The notes beneath the pieces were generated by a model that made no database searches, was not told the DNA's origin, and worked only from the letters and a program-made list of their open reading frames with translations. Positions 9,644 to 18,856 of a DNA stretch of 64,000 bases are shown one piece after another. The stretch comes from Candidatus Latescibacterota bacterium (GTDB lineage: Bacteria > Latescibacterota > UBA2968 > GCA-2709665), in contig OZ252100.1 in the NCBI GenBank assembly GCA_965248435.1, forward strand, positions 2,848,001-2,912,000, read 5' to 3'. How positions within the stretch are numbered: the first letter of the stretch is position 1; the number at the start of each line of letters is the position of its first letter. The translations under genes and the position numbers were made by a program.

Positions 9644-10054
9644 ATGAGAGTTCTTATCGTGGATGACGATGAGCAGGTGCTTGGATTCCTGAAGGAAGCT
9701 TCTGAGATGAAACCCGGGATCGAAGTGGAAATCGCCCTCTCGGGCGAGGATGCCGTCGCGAAGACGCTTCAAACGAACTATGACGTGATCACACTGGACA
9801 TAAAGATGCCCGGCATCAGCGGACTGGATGTCCTTCCGATGCTTCGCAACCTGCGTTCCCACACGATAATCGCCATCATTTCAGGGCATCTTCCAGATGA
9901 GATCTCACCGGAAGTTTCCTCGTGTGCGGATGTTATTCTGGACAAACCAATTACGGTTCCAACCTTTCACAAGTTCCTGGACAGCTCGTTACTGATCTCG
10001 AACACACTTTCCGAAATCAGGCAGATGGGCGCCAGGCTGGCTGAGACCAACTGA
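9644..10054 (+). CDS. Single-domain response regulator
   Basis: MRVLIVDDD, TLDIKMP, ISG, KP. Confidence 0.9.
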   Translation: MRVLIVDDDEQVLGFLKEASEMKPGIEVEIALSGEDAVAKTLQTNYDVITLDIKMPGISGLDVLPMLRNLRSHTIIAIISGHLPDEISPEVSSCADVILDKPITVPTFHKFLDSSLLISNTLSEIRQMGARLAETN

Positions 10055-10076
10055 TTTTTGCCCGACGACTCCCCCG

Positions 10077-11195
10077 ATGAATGACGTTATCAGTTCTCTC
10101 ACCGATGAGATCCTCTCTGTAGGCCGTTTGCTCGAAGTAGAGAGCATTCCCGACCAGCAAAGAGTTCTGGATGCGGAGGAGTCGAACATGCTCGTCAGCG
10201 TCGACCTGCCTCCTGGATTCACCCTGAAGGGAGAAAAGTCTGTCGTGGTGGAAGGTTCTCTTCTGGGCAAGGAAAACGATCTACAGCGCGTCGAAACAGG
10301 GGGAGATCTGATCGTACGTGGGGACGTCAGATTTGCAAACATCATTGCCGGACGCGTGTTTGTGGGAGGGAGCGTGGAACATTGTCAAATCGCAGCCATG
10401 AAACGAGTGGAAATCGTCGATGCCGTGAGTGATACGAAGATGCTCGCCGGAGATTTCCGAAAGCAAAAGCAGAAGCTGGACGCGTTGAGACGACAAATCG
10501 ACAAGACCAGGGACGGGCTTTATGGGATCGAGCGCAGTATAGATTCTGAGGAAAAGCGCATCTACAGACTGTTTTCGAATGCAAGACTCAATATAGAACT
10601 GCAGTTTGGTGGAATCATTACGATGAAATCGAAACGAATATGTGTCAATCTTCACTCATTCTACACGGCATTGGGGGATAGAAGTCCAAAAGATATCGAG
10701 CAGGCGCTTGACGGCTTCTTCAGAAAGGGGATCATCGGTGTACTGATCGGGAAAAACAGGGAGGCGCTGAAGAAGAGCGCGACACGGCGGGCAGCCTTCA
10801 AACACGTATTGGAAGGGCTGCACAATCTGTTCACCCTGACTCTTAGTCTCGATCAGAAGAAAAAGGATATCGAGAGGGCCACCGATGAGGTTGACAATGA
10901 GGTAAGGGAACTGAGTTCAATCGAGCCTGTTGTCAGGCTACACGGCTCGATTCTGCCCAAATTCGATCTTGTGTTCGCCTTGCCCAAAATCGAGCGCCGG
11001 AAGGACCAGGTGTCGGTTGACAGGATAACCGCGGACTTCTCTCTCAATACTACAGACGACGAAGATCAGGTAGAGTTGACCGCAGTGAGTACTCAAGGAG
11101 ATAAAGCCACTGAGAAAGGCCCACAGAAGTTCGATGGCATGGAATTTCGGCTCAAAGACGAAAAGATTTCGTGGGAGCCGCTACAGGGCTCTTGA
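10077..11195 (+). CDS. Hypothetical protein resembling the beta-solenoid and coiled-coil half of FapA
   Basis: PGFTLKGEKSVVVEGSL...VETGGDLIVRGDV...VGGSVEHCQIAA followed by a coiled coil. Confidence 0.55.
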   Translation: MNDVISSLTDEILSVGRLLEVESIPDQQRVLDAEESNMLVSVDLPPGFTLKGEKSVVVEGSLLGKENDLQRVETGGDLIVRGDVRFANIIAGRVFVGGSVEHCQIAAMKRVEIVDAVSDTKMLAGDFRKQKQKLDALRRQIDKTRDGLYGIERSIDSEEKRIYRLFSNARLNIELQFGGIITMKSKRICVNLHSFYTALGDRSPKDIEQALDGFFRKGIIGVLIGKNREALKKSATRRAAFKHVLEGLHNLFTLTLSLDQKKKDIERATDEVDNEVRELSSIEPVVRLHGSILPKFDLVFALPKIERRKDQVSVDRITADFSLNTTDDEDQVELTAVSTQGDKATEKGPQKFDGMEFRLKDEKISWEPLQGS

Positions 11196-11224
11196 ATCCA
11201 AGTCACCTGCGTTCCACCAGGAAA

Positions 11225-11297
11225 AGAGGGCTGCAGACTGAAATCTGTAGCCCTTTGTTTGACCATGGGTAATACAGGTCTCGAACCAGTGACTTCC
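11225..11297 (-). repeat. Degenerate tRNA-Val 3' fragment with a copy of the tRNA-adjacent hairpin (old att site)
   Basis: tgggtaatacaggtctcgaaccagtgacttcc resembles tgggcgatactggactcgaaccagtgacctcc; hairpin agggctgcaga-ctgaaa-tctgtagccct resembles 24656-24684. Confidence 0.7.
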
Positions 11298-11459
11298 ATC
11301 CATCTTCGGAGTGTGTGCGTCCTCTCGTATCAGACCTTCGGTGGATGTGAGAAGCGGCTTGGGATTCTCCTCTGTATGAATTCTCATTGTTCGTCTGGCG
11401 ATTCGACGTGTCTTGTGCGGGGTTCCGTCCGAGCTCCTATCTGTCGAGGTCTCCCTAGG

Positions 11460-11747
11460 TTAATTCCTCAGCGAGCTGATAAAATGCGTCACCTCGATCA
11501 GAGGAACGGTTTGAATCTGGATCGTTCCTCGTGATCCCAGCTCCACGGACAGCTTGGCGATCGCCTCGTTGTCAGCCGCTTCTACGATCGTAATGAAGTC
11601 ACACGCGCCGATCGCCGCGTACTGTTTCACGACTTTCGTACCCATCGCCTCGACTTCCTTGTTCACCTCCAGCACGCGGTCGGGATTACTCTTCAGCGTC
11701 CTCCTTCCCTCGTTAGTCAGCGTGCTCAGCATTGCGTAAAGAGGCAT
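11460..11747 (-). CDS. GYD domain protein
   Basis: 95 aa; LTNEGRRTLKSNPDR...QYAAIGACDFITIVEAAD...SRGTIQIQT. Confidence 0.85.
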   Translation of the reverse strand: MPLYAMLSTLTNEGRRTLKSNPDRVLEVNKEVEAMGTKVVKQYAAIGACDFITIVEAADNEAIAKLSVELGSRGTIQIQTVPLIEVTHFISSLRN

Positions 11748-12037
11748 AACGATATTTTCCTTTCTGTGTAATGTTCTGTGATTCCTTTGGGGGAACGGTA
11801 AGAATCGGTTTGAGTATAGGCAATATGCTCATTTTTCAGTGCAAGGTAACGGATGGGAATAGCACCTGTAAGAATACAATGCAATTCGACGCACGTCACG
11901 GTATTCGCGTTTGTGGTGGTCATAAGGATGCGATCGCGTCACCAACCTACCCTGCCGCCGTACAAAGCAATCGGCTATGGCCGCACTTTCAAAGCCGCCC
12001 CCCGTGGCGTAGCCAGATACGACCCGGACCGTTGCAG

Positions 12038-13894
12038 TCATGCCCGGGAGCTGTACTGCAGCTCGTGCAGCCTCGAGTAGATGCCGCCCTTTTTCAGCAG
12101 CTCCAGGTGTGTGCCCTCCTCGCGGACCTCGCCGCGGTGGAGGACGAGGATCTTGTCCGCGTTTCTGATCGTCGACAGCCGGTGGGCGATCACGATCGAG
12201 GTACGGATCTTCATCAGCTTCTCTACGGCCTCCTGAATCCAAATTTCGGTTTCCGTGTCCACGTTGGAGGTCGCCTCGTCCAGCACCAGGATGTCGGGGT
12301 CGGCGGCGAGGGCGCGGGCGAAGGACAGGAGCTGGCGCTGTCCCGCCGACAGGGACGTGCCCCGCTCCTGCACTGGCTGGTGGTAGCCGTCGGGAAGCTG
12401 GTCGATGAACCGGTCGGCATTCACGTCCCGCGCTGCCTGCTGGACGCGGTCGGGCGTGACGCCGGGGGCGCCCAGGCTGATGTTCTCCTCGATGTCGCCC
12501 GCGAAGAGGAACACGTCCTGCTGCACCACGCCGACACGCCGGCGCAGCGTCTCGACGTCCCACTCCCGGATGTCCACGCCGTCCACCAGGATGCGTCCCT
12601 CCTGGATGGGATAGAACCGGCACACCAGGTTGATGATCGTGCTTTTCCCTGCGCCCGTGGCCCCCACGATCGCCAGGCTCTGGCCGGGCTCGACGCTGAA
12701 GGACACGCCCCGCAGCACCCAATCGGGAGCCGGGCCTGCCGCGTCCTGAGGTGCCGCGCCTTCTGCGGCGTTCCGAGGGGCGTCTGCCGAAGGGGAGTAG
12801 GAGAACCATACGTCCTGGAACTCGATCTCGCCGCGCACATTCTCTGGCCGGTGGGCGCCTCCCTCGTGCTCGGGCTCCGCGTCGAGCAGCTCGAAGACCC
12901 GCTCCGAGGAGGCCATCGCCGACTGCACCGTGCCGTAGCGCTCGGCGATGTCGCGCATGGGCATGAAGAAGCGGGGAACGTACTGGAGCATCGCGACGAG
13001 CACGCCCCATTCGATCCGGCCCTCCAGAACTCGGTGACCGCCGTACCAGAGCACGAGGGCCATCATGAGCAAGCCGCACAACTCCATGAACGGGAAGTAG
13101 GCGCTGTGGTACCAGGTGCTCTGGAGGCGTGACGTGTTGTAGCTCTCGTTGGCCTCGCCGAACCGGTGGATGCTCCGCTGCTCGCAGTTGAACATCTGCA
13201 CGATCTCCATCCCCGAGATCGTCTCCTGAAGGGAGCCGGCGAAATGCCCGAAGTGCGTGCGGGCGTCCCGGAACGCCCGGAACGTCAGGCCCTGGAGCCA
13301 GAATGTCACCGCGAAGGCCAGCGGCAGCGCGGCGCACGTGATCAGGCCGAGTTCCACGTCCAGGACGAAAATGAAGCCCATGATCGTCAGCACCGTGACA
13401 CCGTCGCTGACGAGCGCGACGGCTCCGTCTGTGAACAACTCGTTCAGGGCGTCGACGTCGTTCGTGTTCCGCGCCATCAGCGTGCCGACGGGCGTGCGGT
13501 CGAAGAACCGCAGCGGAAGGCGCTGGAGGTGCTTGAAGATGACCATCCGCACGTCGCGCATCGCCCACTGTCCGACCATGTTCGTCGCCCAGGTCTGGAC
13601 GTAGCCAATGACGAGCTGGAGGACCAGCGTGCCGGCGTAGAGAAAGATGAGCCATCCGAAGCCCGACCGGTCTCCGGGAATGATGTAATCGTCCACGGCG
13701 ATTTTCGTGAGGTAGGGGCCGAGCTGCCGGAGGAGCGACGCGACGAGGATGGCGGCAAACGTCAGGAGAACCCAGCCCCTGTAAGGGCGGAAGTATTCCA
13801 GAAGCCGCCCCATTTGCCTCACGTCGAACCCTTTGGTCCTGGAGGCGCCCGCTTCTTCCGGCCCGCGGTATTCTCTGGACTGACCGAAGTTCAT
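12038..13894 (-). CDS. ABC exporter half (TMD+NBD), MdlB/YheH-like
   Basis: GATGAGKS, LSAGQRQ, ILVLDEAT, IAHRLST. Confidence 0.93.
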   Translation of the reverse strand: MNFGQSREYRGPEEAGASRTKGFDVRQMGRLLEYFRPYRGWVLLTFAAILVASLLRQLGPYLTKIAVDDYIIPGDRSGFGWLIFLYAGTLVLQLVIGYVQTWATNMVGQWAMRDVRMVIFKHLQRLPLRFFDRTPVGTLMARNTNDVDALNELFTDGAVALVSDGVTVLTIMGFIFVLDVELGLITCAALPLAFAVTFWLQGLTFRAFRDARTHFGHFAGSLQETISGMEIVQMFNCEQRSIHRFGEANESYNTSRLQSTWYHSAYFPFMELCGLLMMALVLWYGGHRVLEGRIEWGVLVAMLQYVPRFFMPMRDIAERYGTVQSAMASSERVFELLDAEPEHEGGAHRPENVRGEIEFQDVWFSYSPSADAPRNAAEGAAPQDAAGPAPDWVLRGVSFSVEPGQSLAIVGATGAGKSTIINLVCRFYPIQEGRILVDGVDIREWDVETLRRRVGVVQQDVFLFAGDIEENISLGAPGVTPDRVQQAARDVNADRFIDQLPDGYHQPVQERGTSLSAGQRQLLSFARALAADPDILVLDEATSNVDTETEIWIQEAVEKLMKIRTSIVIAHRLSTIRNADKILVLHRGEVREEGTHLELLKKGGIYSRLHELQYSSRA

Positions 13895-15852
13895 AGCGTG
13901 TCCAGTTCCTGCGACAGGTGCTGCCGGCGGTACATCGCCGCGTAGATCCCGTTGCGGGCGACCAGCTCCTGGTGTGTGCCCTGCTCGGCGATACGGCCTT
14001 CTTCGAGGACCACGATGAGGTCCGCTTGCTTCACCGTGGAGATCCGATGGGCGATCAAAATCGTGGTCCGGCCGGCCATCACGTCCCTCAGGCGACCGAG
14101 GATCCGCTCCTCCGTGCGCGTGTCCACGCTGGACATGGCGTCGTCCAGGATCAGAATCCGGGGTTCCCGGACCAGCGCCCGCGCCAGGGCGGTACGCTGC
14201 TTCTGCCCCCCCGAAAGCGTGACCCCGCGCTCGCCGACCTTCGTTTCGAGCCCCGCCGGAAACTGCTCCAGGTCGGCGGTGAGCCCTGAGATCTCGGTCG
14301 CCCGCTCCACGGCGCCGTTCTTCCCGCCGCCGGCGAGGGCCACGTTTTCACGGAGCGTGTCGGAGAACAGAAAAGTCTCCTGCGGCACATAGCCCATCAC
14401 GCTCCTGAGGGCCGCCAGTGAAAACGATTCGACAGGGTTCCCGTCGATCAGGACCTGCCCCCGATCGGGATGGATCAGCCTCGGGATGAGCCGGGCCAGC
14501 GTAGACTTGCCTGACCCCACGCGCCCGACCAGGGCCACAGTGCTGCCGGCGGGGATCTTGAGATCGATATCCTGAATTACCATCCGCCCGTCGTAGGCGA
14601 AGCTGACGTTCCTGAACTCGATCTCGCCGTCGAAGTCTTCGGGCACGCTCCCTTCCGAGGCCTGGGGCCGCTCCGCCAGTACGGCCTCGATACGGGTCAG
14701 GGAGGCCGTGGCCCGTTGCTGCTCGTCCACCATCCGGCCAAGCATCATCATCGGGCGACCGATCCGGATGAGATAGGTGTTGAACGCCACGAAGGCGCCG
14801 AGCGTGAGCGTGCCTTCCAGCACCTTGAGTCCGCCCAGCCACAGGATTATGACCATCGACACGCCGTTCAGCAGGAAGGTGGACGGAAAGAAGATGCTCC
14901 GGAGGTAGATCAGGTCGCGGTTGCGGGCGACGTACTGGTCGTTCAGTTTCAGGAATCGCCCGATCTCGCGGAGTCGATTTGCGAACGCCTTCACCACCCG
15001 CACGCCCTCCAGGTTCTCGTGGATGCAGGTGCTGAGCGCAGCGAACTGCTCCTGAACGCGCTTGAATCCGGGGCCTATGCGCCTGGCGACCACGCCCGTG
15101 GCCATCGCCATCACGGGCATCGGCGCGAGAGACAGCACCGCGAGCTTCCAGTCGAGCGTGCACATCAGCGCCAGGCTCATGACGAATGTCAGGAGCCCGG
15201 TCAGCGTCATCCGGAAGGCGTGGTAGAGAAACCGTTGGACCGCCTCCACGTCGTTCGTGGCCAGGGCCATCAGGTCACCCACACGCCTCTCGTGGAAGAA
15301 AGAGAGAGGAAGGCGTACGATATGACGCACGTAGGCCTCGCGCAGATCGCGCTCCACGTAGCGGGAGGTGGCCCCCAGATGCCAGCGCATGCCGAAGGAG
15401 ACGGCCCATTGCGCGATCGACAGCAGCGCCACGACCAGGGCATAGAAGGTCAGATCCCCGGCGGTGGTTCCGGTGATCGTCTCCCAGGGGGGCAGGCCCC
15501 ATCGAGGAGGGTAGAACGTGCGGTCGTCCTTGACGTGTGCCCCCGCCGGAAACGCGGGTGCCGGAAGCCCCCCGGGATCCTTGGCGACCAGGTGACGGTC
15601 CCGGTCGTCTGCGAGGTGGCCTCGCTCCGGCCGGACGTCGCCCGAACCTGTCCGGTCAGGCAGAGGATCGAGCGCGGCCGTGCCGGTATCGATCGCCCAC
15701 TTGAGGACCATCGGGATGAAGGTCGAGATCCCCTGCGACAACACAAGCAATACGAGGCCAAGGACCACGGCCCGGCGGTAGGGGCGGAGGTAGCGGCTGA
15801 AAGGCGCGAGAGGGTTGAAGGACACGATTGGATTGGGATAGAGTGGAATCAA
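13891..15852 (-). CDS. ABC exporter half (TMD+NBD), MdlA/YheI-like; true start may be GTG near 15825
   Basis: GRVGSGKS, LSGGQKQ, degenerate Walker B ILILDDA typical of heterodimeric exporters; 4-bp overlap with partner. Confidence 0.92.
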   Translation of the reverse strand: MIPLYPNPIVSFNPLAPFSRYLRPYRRAVVLGLVLLVLSQGISTFIPMVLKWAIDTGTAALDPLPDRTGSGDVRPERGHLADDRDRHLVAKDPGGLPAPAFPAGAHVKDDRTFYPPRWGLPPWETITGTTAGDLTFYALVVALLSIAQWAVSFGMRWHLGATSRYVERDLREAYVRHIVRLPLSFFHERRVGDLMALATNDVEAVQRFLYHAFRMTLTGLLTFVMSLALMCTLDWKLAVLSLAPMPVMAMATGVVARRIGPGFKRVQEQFAALSTCIHENLEGVRVVKAFANRLREIGRFLKLNDQYVARNRDLIYLRSIFFPSTFLLNGVSMVIILWLGGLKVLEGTLTLGAFVAFNTYLIRIGRPMMMLGRMVDEQQRATASLTRIEAVLAERPQASEGSVPEDFDGEIEFRNVSFAYDGRMVIQDIDLKIPAGSTVALVGRVGSGKSTLARLIPRLIHPDRGQVLIDGNPVESFSLAALRSVMGYVPQETFLFSDTLRENVALAGGGKNGAVERATEISGLTADLEQFPAGLETKVGERGVTLSGGQKQRTALARALVREPRILILDDAMSSVDTRTEERILGRLRDVMAGRTTILIAHRISTVKQADLIVVLEEGRIAEQGTHQELVARNGIYAAMYRRQHLSQELDTL

Positions 15853-16171
15853 CTACCACCCGCGCAGCGGGTGGCCTGCTGTTCCGGCCAGAGGCCGGGG
15901 CAGCAGGGAACGCGTTTGCGCGTTCGAGGTTGAACGTGAGCGGTGCATCCCCGAACCGCGGGGTTTGACCCCCCGGGTCAAACCGCCACCGCGAACAATC
16001 AAGTGAGCGAATACTTATTTTTCGGTGAAACATGTTCGTATTCGCCGTGCAAGTCAAGGTCTCGCCGCCAGGAGCTTCCTCTTCAACTCAAATGTCGAGT
16101 GTCGACAAGCAAACCGAAGGATCGATCGATGGAAATCCTTCCCACTGGCTGTATGTTTTGCTGGTAGGAGC

Positions 16172-18472
16172 CTATTCTCGACCGGCCGGGTAGTTGTCCA
16201 CGAATATGAAGTCAATCAGCGGTCTGTCATCGGTGACCACGGGGTGAGACGCCAGGTTCCGTGCGACGACCGCCGTGTCCACGCGCATTTGCAGTAGTTG
16301 CTCGCCTGTTTCAATCCCCCCCACGCGAAACGCCGGTCCGACGACTGGGGACTGGAGTCGTCGACCGATGGCCTCGATATCCGAGACGATCGGAGCCTCG
16401 GAGCCGACGACGAACATCGACGGCGAGTCCGGAGCCGGCGTGCTGTAGATCGCCACGGTTTGGAAGACAGACGAGAAGGTCCGGAGAATAGACGGAGCAA
16501 TCGTGCGGGGATGGGGAGTCCACTCGAAAACCATCAATCCCCCTGGTTTGAGGTGCTCACGACAAATGGCGAAGAATTCCTGGCTCAACAGATGGGCGGT
16601 TCCGGTCGTCGCACTGAGCAGGACGTCGCTGATGATGACGTCGTACTTCTTTTGTGTGCCCAGCAAATAGATCCTTGCATCCTCCCAGATCAAACTCGAA
16701 CGAGCATCGGAGACCAAACGGGGTAAGGGACCGTCGAAGTACGGAAGCGCGCCGATGACCTCGCCGGATATCTCCACGGTCTCGAGATTTTCGACCTCCT
16801 GAAAGGCCAGCACCGCGGTGGCGGTCTGTCCGCTGGCTAGGCCCACAACGAACACTTCCTGGGGATCCGGATGTAACAACATTCCATAGTAGCTGATGAG
16901 ATTGTTATAGGAGTCACCCCCGATCAGCGCTCCGGCAGATGCTACCTCAAGGCCGTTGATGATGAGGAGCCGCGTCCTTTCGCTGCCCTCCTCCACAACG
17001 GCCGCTGTCGTCGTCACTCCCTGCCGGTTATACAGAATCTTCGGGTCCTCAAAGACGTGACGGTATACGTAGGTCTGTGCCAGGATGGGCACCTTCGGCA
17101 GGCACACATAGGCCGCGAGGACGCTCAAAGGAACGAGAGCGACCGCCCACCGCCGGCGCCGAACTCGGTGGATTCCTTTGCCCATCAACAACAGGAATGC
17201 TCCGAGCAGTATATTGCCCACCGCCATAAGCAAAACCGACGCCCGCGCGTCCCCGAGAAGCGGGATCAGCAAGAAAGTTGCGGCGACGACACCCAGGATG
17301 TTGCCCGCCGTATTGACCGCCAACAGCGAGCCAACGGTCTTCGCCACGCGCTCCAGTCCTGCGTGACCGACCTGCACCGCCGCAGAAAACGTAGCGCCGA
17401 GCAGTGTCGTCGTCGGAAGCATGATCAGCAGTGACACAAGGAACTTCAAAGCCGTCCGATGGCCGGCCTTAAAGCCGAACCCCGAGTCGAACGCCGAGGT
17501 CAGTATGGGGTCGAGTAATCCGAACAGCGGAATGCTGAGCATCGCGAAAAGACCTGTACCGATCTGCAGCAAGGCGAGTACGGCAATGGAGTCGAATCGC
17601 TTCCGTATAAACAACGCGTAGCCCGCACTGCCCACCGCCAAGCCCAGCAGAAAGCTGGTGAGCATGATCGCGTAGCTGTAAACGGTCCAGCCCACAAAAA
17701 ACGTCAGGACACGCGTCCAAAGCACCTCATAGGACAGCGCGATGAACCCTGACAGACCGATGACGACGAGCAGCGTTCTGCGATCCAGATCCGGGGGGCA
17801 AGGCGGTTGAGGCCGCGTTACCGGTGTCGGAACGCCGCGGCTTCGGACCCTGAAGCCGGTTCGCAGTGCCAGCACGACCACGGCCAGCAGCACGTTCACC
17901 AGAGCGGTACCGAGTAAGGTCCCGCGGATCCCGAATGAGCGGATGAAAAAGAAGCCGCACAGGAAGGCCCCGACCGCGCCTCCCAGCGTGTTAACGAAGT
18001 AGAGTGTAGCGACCTCCTGACCTGTCTCCTCATCCTGCTGAATGAAGAGCCGGGCCAGCACGGGTAAGGTGGCTCCCATCAGTGTTGTGGGCACGAGCAG
18101 AAGGGCAAAACACAGCCCCACGCGCATCAGGACACGGAGTCCGAGCGACAGGGTCGCATCGGCCACTTCTGCCGCAACCGCCCCGAACACGAGATCCATA
18201 ATCGCGGGAGACAGCAATGCGAACGCGGAGATGCCCAGCTCCAACCCGAAATAGATCCTCAGCAGGTCACGACTTCGATCCGCAAAATAGGAAGCCAGAT
18301 AGCTCCCCAAGGCGAGCCCACCCATGAACGCGCTCAACACCGCGCACAGCGAGTAGGCGTTCGCCCCCAGCGATACCACAAACATCCGGGTCCACGAGAC
18401 CTGGTAAACCAGTGCGCAACCCCCCGAAAGGAAGAAGATCACGAGCATACCAAGACGGAGACGTCGGTTCAT
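16172..18472 (-). CDS. Fused membrane domain / spermidine-synthase-like protein
   Basis: About 13 TM N-terminus (LVYQVSWTR, LSYEVLWTR); C-terminal VVGLASGQT, VEIS, EDARIYL, YDVIISD, TDDRP. Confidence 0.88.
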   Translation of the reverse strand: MNRRLRLGMLVIFFLSGGCALVYQVSWTRMFVVSLGANAYSLCAVLSAFMGGLALGSYLASYFADRSRDLLRIYFGLELGISAFALLSPAIMDLVFGAVAAEVADATLSLGLRVLMRVGLCFALLLVPTTLMGATLPVLARLFIQQDEETGQEVATLYFVNTLGGAVGAFLCGFFFIRSFGIRGTLLGTALVNVLLAVVVLALRTGFRVRSRGVPTPVTRPQPPCPPDLDRRTLLVVIGLSGFIALSYEVLWTRVLTFFVGWTVYSYAIMLTSFLLGLAVGSAGYALFIRKRFDSIAVLALLQIGTGLFAMLSIPLFGLLDPILTSAFDSGFGFKAGHRTALKFLVSLLIMLPTTTLLGATFSAAVQVGHAGLERVAKTVGSLLAVNTAGNILGVVAATFLLIPLLGDARASVLLMAVGNILLGAFLLLMGKGIHRVRRRRWAVALVPLSVLAAYVCLPKVPILAQTYVYRHVFEDPKILYNRQGVTTTAAVVEEGSERTRLLIINGLEVASAGALIGGDSYNNLISYYGMLLHPDPQEVFVVGLASGQTATAVLAFQEVENLETVEISGEVIGALPYFDGPLPRLVSDARSSLIWEDARIYLLGTQKKYDVIISDVLLSATTGTAHLLSQEFFAICREHLKPGGLMVFEWTPHPRTIAPSILRTFSSVFQTVAIYSTPAPDSPSMFVVGSEAPIVSDIEAIGRRLQSPVVGPAFRVGGIETGEQLLQMRVDTAVVARNLASHPVVTDDRPLIDFIFVDNYPAGRE

Positions 18473-18764
18473 ATTTTGACCTCGGCTGTTGCCGGATCCA
18501 AAGGTGTGAGATCTCCTTCAAAGCTCGCGTCGAGGGGCAGATCCCTTCCGCCATCGACAACACAGTCTCTTCTACTGAATATAGAGACGTCGGCCAGACT
18601 CCTCTCTGGCCTCTCAATTCGTAACCCGACAGCTGGAAGAACCCGCGGAGCGGCTTTACCAAGGTGGGTGTAAAGCTGGGTCCCACCAGGACGGAAACGT
18701 CTTATTTTCTACATAAGATAGAGGCAAAGCCTTCGTGGTTTCTGGGCCTTGCCTCGTTTTGTTC

Positions 18765-18840
18765 TGGTGGGCGATACTGGACTCGAACCGGTTACTTCCT
18801 GCTTGTAAGCCAGGCGCTCAAATCAGCTGAGCGAGCCGTC
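18765..18840 (-). pseudogene. Near full-length degenerate copy of tRNA-Val(UAC) (att-like pseudo-tRNA)
   Basis: The 25 nt at the tRNA 3' end are identical to 24694 onward, then mismatches; the 5' end cannot close the acceptor stem. Confidence 0.8.
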
Positions 18841-18856
18841 TCGTCCTGAGCGAAAG

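Noticed and set aside
11771-15933. Long overlapping ORFs (11771-13132, 11829-13655, 14716-15933 and others)
   Set aside because: Shadow frames of GC-rich ABC genes with Arg/Pro/Gly-biased composition and no motifs.
18765-18840. Second functional tRNA-Val
   Set aside because: The acceptor stem cannot form and the anticodon stem is mismatched.
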